From an uncultured Nitrososphaerota archaeon (GTDB lineage Archaea; Thermoproteota; Nitrososphaeria; Nitrososphaerales; Gagatemarchaeaceae), in NCBI GenBank assembly GCA_963838925.1, contig CAWISW010000003.1, positions 32,001 to 96,000 on the forward strand: a DNA stretch of 64,000 bases, in the 5' to 3' direction. Shown piece after piece: positions 60,638 through 64,000 of this stretch; within the stretch, counting starts at the first letter, position 1, and each line of letters opens with the position of its first letter. The notes below the pieces were generated by a model that had not been told where the DNA came from, ran no database searches, and was given only the letters and a program-made list of their open reading frames with translations. The position numbers were made by a program, and so were the translations under genes.

Positions 60638-61660
60638 TCAGGGCTTTGCGACTATTCGGTTCCTCAGCGTCCCCCCGATTCTCTTGGAGGAGACCTCCAC
60701 CACGTCTCCGACCTTAAGGAACCTCTCCGGGCGCGGGTTCCCGTCCTTGTCCCGCTCGCTGGAGTCGGCGGCGGTCCCGGCGCAGGTCCCCGACGCGATG
60801 ACGTCCCCGGGGTTGAGCTCCGAGTCCGCCGAGAGGAACTCGACCCACTCCGCGAACCCCCTGATCATGTCCTTGGTGTTCCCCCTCTGCCTGACATCCC
60901 CGTTGACCGAGGTCGAGAAGTCGATGTCCTGCGGGTCGGGCGCCTCGTCCTTGAGCGTCACTATCGGGCCGAGCGCTCCCGAGCCCTGGAAGTTCTTCAC
61001 CCGCGCGAAGTTCATGACGCCCTTGTCCATGTTGTCCCGCAGGGAGAAGTCGTCGAAGAGCGTGTAGCCGAGGACGTGCTCGAGCAGGTTCTCGCGCTTG
61101 ATGTCCTTGCCGCGCTTCCCTATCATCAGGGCGACCTCACCCTCGTAGTCCAGGAGCTTGGTCCTGGAGGGGTACGGGACGCCCTCTTCCGGGTTGCTTA
61201 CGCTGCTCCCCATCTTGTAGAATCCCCAAGGAGGGGTGCTCAGCGCCTGGGCCCTCGCGCCCTCGAGGGTGAGGGCCTTCTTCTCCCCGCCCATCGCGGC
61301 GGCCATGTTCGAGGCCAACCCGACGAAGTGGTCCGCGAAGTTGGCGCCGATGCACATGACCTTGAACTTCGAGCTGTCGGTCACGGGGGCGGCGAGCCTC
61401 GCTTCGCCAATGCCGAAGACGGCCCGCTCGCCCCTGGCCCCCCTGAGACGGGGAAGGTCATCGCTCGCGAACCTTAGGACCTTTCGGGCGGTCTCGATGG
61501 CCCTGTCGCCCCGCTCGAGGAACCCCCTGAGCGTGTGACCCACGAGCGCCTCCGCCTCCTCCTCAGAGGATAGGTAGGACGAGGCCGACCTCTGGAGGTC
61601 GACGACGTTGTCGCCGACGACTAGCCCCAGGCGCTGGGGCCCATAAACGGCTAGCTTCAA
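60638..61660 (-). CDS. Fumarylacetoacetate hydrolase family protein
   Basis: CIGANFADH, LDYEGEVALMIG, DFSLRD, LNPGDVIASGT. Confidence 0.9.
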   Translation of the reverse strand: MKLAVYGPQRLGLVVGDNVVDLQRSASSYLSSEEEAEALVGHTLRGFLERGDRAIETARKVLRFASDDLPRLRGARGERAVFGIGEARLAAPVTDSSKFKVMCIGANFADHFVGLASNMAAAMGGEKKALTLEGARAQALSTPPWGFYKMGSSVSNPEEGVPYPSRTKLLDYEGEVALMIGKRGKDIKRENLLEHVLGYTLFDDFSLRDNMDKGVMNFARVKNFQGSGALGPIVTLKDEAPDPQDIDFSTSVNGDVRQRGNTKDMIRGFAEWVEFLSADSELNPGDVIASGTCAGTAADSSERDKDGNPRPERFLKVGDVVEVSSKRIGGTLRNRIVAKP

Positions 61661-61773
61661 GGAATCAACGCCCAGCCGTGCGCGTCTGCTAATGAGTTTT
61701 TCCCGGCACGAAAAAGTCGGCCGGCCGTTCTGCAACTCCGGGACACTTATAGGCGAACTTCGGGCGCGCACTC

Positions 61774-63246
61774 TTGGCGGTTAAGATTCAGTACAAGTGG
61801 ATCGCTCTCACCAACACCACGCTGGGCGCGGCCATGTCGGCCATCGACGCGAGCATAGTGCTGATAGCGCTGCCGACGATAGGGCGGGACCTTCCAAACG
61901 CCTCGCCCTTCGACCTGATCTGGGTCCTCATCGGCTACCAGCTGGTGGTCGCAGCGGTCCTCGTCAACTTCGGGCGGCTGAGCGACATGTTCGGGAGGGT
62001 CAGGCTCTATACGTTGGGGTTCGCCCTCTTCACCGCGGCCTCCGCGCTGTGCAGCTTGTCGCAGTCGGGGCTGGAGCTGGTGGTCTTCAGGATGGTCCAG
62101 GGTCTGGCGGCGGCACTCCTATTCTCAAACAGCGCGGCGATCATCACCGACGCGTTTCCCTTCGAGGAAAGGGGGAGGGCCCTCGGCGTCAACGCGATTG
62201 CCATCACCGCCGGGTCCGTCATGGGGCTGGTGGTGGGCGGGTTCCTCACTGCCGCCGCGGGGTGGCGCGCGATATTCTGGGTGAACGTGCCGATCGGGGT
62301 GGTCGCCACGGTGTGGTCCCACTACCGCCTCAAGGAGCAGTCCGCGAGGAGGGAGGGGCAGAGGCTGGACATCGCGGGCAACGTCGCCTTCGCGGCGGGG
62401 GTCTTCACCCTCCTATCGGGGATCTCCCTCTACGCGGTCTCCGGCCTGAGCAGTTCGTTCACCCTGGGGCTTGCGGCGGCGGGCATCGCGATCCTGTGCG
62501 CCTTCGCCTTCGTAGAGACGAGGGTGGAGGACCCGATGCTCAAGCTCTCCCTGTTCAGGAACCGGCTCTTCGCGGCGGGGACCGTCGCCATCTTCCTCAA
62601 CTCCCTCGCCAGGGGCTGCGTCCTGCTCGTCCTCGTCTTCTACCTGCAGGGGCCCAACATGAACCTCGGGCCCTTCCAGGCGGGCCTGTTCTTGCTCCCG
62701 AACACCGCGATGTTCGCGCTATTCGGGCCGATTGCCGGGTATGTCGCCGACAGGAGGGGGCCGCGGCTGGTCGCCACGAGCGGGCTCGCGCTGACCGCGA
62801 TCGGCCTGACCATGCTCACCCAGCTGCCCACCTCCGCGACCTTCTGGCAGCTCGCCCTCCCGCTCGTCATAACGGGCGCAGGGATGGGGACGTTCGCGCC
62901 CCCCAACAGGGCCTCGGTGATGAGCGCCGTCCCTCCTGAGGACAGGGGCCTCGCGGCGGGGATCAGCACGACGCTGATAAACTTAGGAAACAGCGTGAGC
63001 AGGAGCCTCGCGTTCGTCGTGATGGGCGCATTGGTGCCCGTCGCGGCCCTGGACGACATGTTCGCGGGCAACTACGGTGCGGTCGGCAGCGGCTTCGCGG
63101 GGAGCTTCGTGGGCGGCATCCACCTGGTCTTCCTCGTCTCGACCGGGTTCGTCCTCCTTTCCATCGTGCCCTCGATTCTCAGGGGAGGCCGGGAGATCCC
63201 TAAGGAGGAGCGGGGGGCTCCCCCGCTCGAAGAGGAGCAGGTCTGA
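61774..63246 (+). CDS. DHA2-family MFS transporter
   Basis: AIDASIVLIALP, GRLSDMFGR, WRAIFWVNVPIG. Confidence 0.92.
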   Translation: MAVKIQYKWIALTNTTLGAAMSAIDASIVLIALPTIGRDLPNASPFDLIWVLIGYQLVVAAVLVNFGRLSDMFGRVRLYTLGFALFTAASALCSLSQSGLELVVFRMVQGLAAALLFSNSAAIITDAFPFEERGRALGVNAIAITAGSVMGLVVGGFLTAAAGWRAIFWVNVPIGVVATVWSHYRLKEQSARREGQRLDIAGNVAFAAGVFTLLSGISLYAVSGLSSSFTLGLAAAGIAILCAFAFVETRVEDPMLKLSLFRNRLFAAGTVAIFLNSLARGCVLLVLVFYLQGPNMNLGPFQAGLFLLPNTAMFALFGPIAGYVADRRGPRLVATSGLALTAIGLTMLTQLPTSATFWQLALPLVITGAGMGTFAPPNRASVMSAVPPEDRGLAAGISTTLINLGNSVSRSLAFVVMGALVPVAALDDMFAGNYGAVGSGFAGSFVGGIHLVFLVSTGFVLLSIVPSILRGGREIPKEERGAPPLEEEQV

Positions 63247-63336
63247 ACAGGTTCCTCTCCCGAGTTGAGCCTAGGTCCTAGTAAGTATAATTCTAAATCA
63301 AGCCTTATATTGCCCTCGCCGGGTGATTTTAGATTC

Positions 63337-64000
63337 ATGATGCACATCCATCCAGAGAAGGTGGAGGCAAAGAAGCACGGAAATGAGAACGAGCTGATCG
63401 TATACGGCCCGTTTCACAAGACCTTCTTCGATTTCCTCACGCAGTTTCGCCACAGATACTATGGGCTAGACATAGACCTCACTTACTACGCGGCTCATCC
63501 CGTCGAGGTGGTTCAGAAGGTTAGGGACGAGGTGAAGTACGGCATCCCGACCGCGGACGTCGTGATGCTCCCGCACTACACCACTCTGATGCTCAAGGAG
63601 TCGGGGCACCTTCGTGATTACCGCTCGCCCGAGCTCAAGGCCTACGACCCGATATTCAAGGACAAGGACGGGACGTGGTCCGCCATCGCCGTCGAGCCGA
63701 CGAACTTCATCTACAACCGCCAGTTCCTGGACCAGAAGCTCGTCCCGAACAAACTCTGGGACCTGACCAACCCGGGGCTCAAGGGGCTGGTGTCGATGCA
63801 GTCCGTCCAGGACTGGTCTGATGGGATGTACAGCTTCTTCTACTTCGCGACCCTGCTCAGCATGATCGGGGAGAAGAAGTGGGACGAGTTCGTAAAGGCG
63901 TTCCTCAAGAACACGCAGCCTGCCGTGTTCGCTTGCTACCACAACATGCAAAAGTACGTCTCGAGGGGAGACTACGCTATCGGTCTGCCACTCCCGCTGA
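63337..64000 (+). CDS. Fe3+/thiamine-type solute-binding fold protein without signal peptide; runs off the window edge
   Basis: Open frame MMHIHPEK...ELIVYG...ADVVML...YRSPEL...DKDGTW...FIYN...WDLTNPGLKG; absent from the ORF track because it has no stop in the window. Confidence 0.75.
   Translation, partial: MMHIHPEKVEAKKHGNENELIVYGPFHKTFFDFLTQFRHRYYGLDIDLTYYAAHPVEVVQKVRDEVKYGIPTADVVMLPHYTTLMLKESGHLRDYRSPELKAYDPIFKDKDGTWSAIAVEPTNFIYNRQFLDQKLVPNKLWDLTNPGLKGLVSMQSVQDWSDGMYSFFYFATLLSMIGEKKWDEFVKAFLKNTQPAVFACYHNMQKYVSRGDYAIGLPLPL

Overview
High-GC archaeal chromosomal DNA, most likely a non-ammonia-oxidising Nitrososphaerota (inferred from archaeal TBP, thermosome, archaeal-type TpiA, BHB-type tRNA introns and a PEF-CTERM-like cupredoxin). 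It is mostly housekeeping and accessory genes: two MoxR/DUF58 operons, a Mo/W ABC transporter with ModE, HflX, MsrB, an FKBP, ABC and MFS exporters. Highlights: (1) an intron-containing tRNA-Thr(CGT) boxed in by two AT-rich free-standing LAGLIDADG endonuclease genes, with a second variant tRNA 3' end at the far edge of the downstream gene and no integrase, a candidate tRNA-targeted homing module; (2) a tRNA-Phe(GAA) with three non-canonical introns and a 6-nt exon; (3) a RadA-like / two small proteins / PolB2 cassette whose polymerase carries a 537-aa LAGLIDADG intein; (4) a Ubl-E1-rhodanese fusion coupled to a JAB protease; (5) a NurA-HerA pair with no mre11/rad50. About nine single-base frameshifts, several in homopolymers, look like long-read errors. 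All assignments come from motif recognition by eye; no database searches were run.
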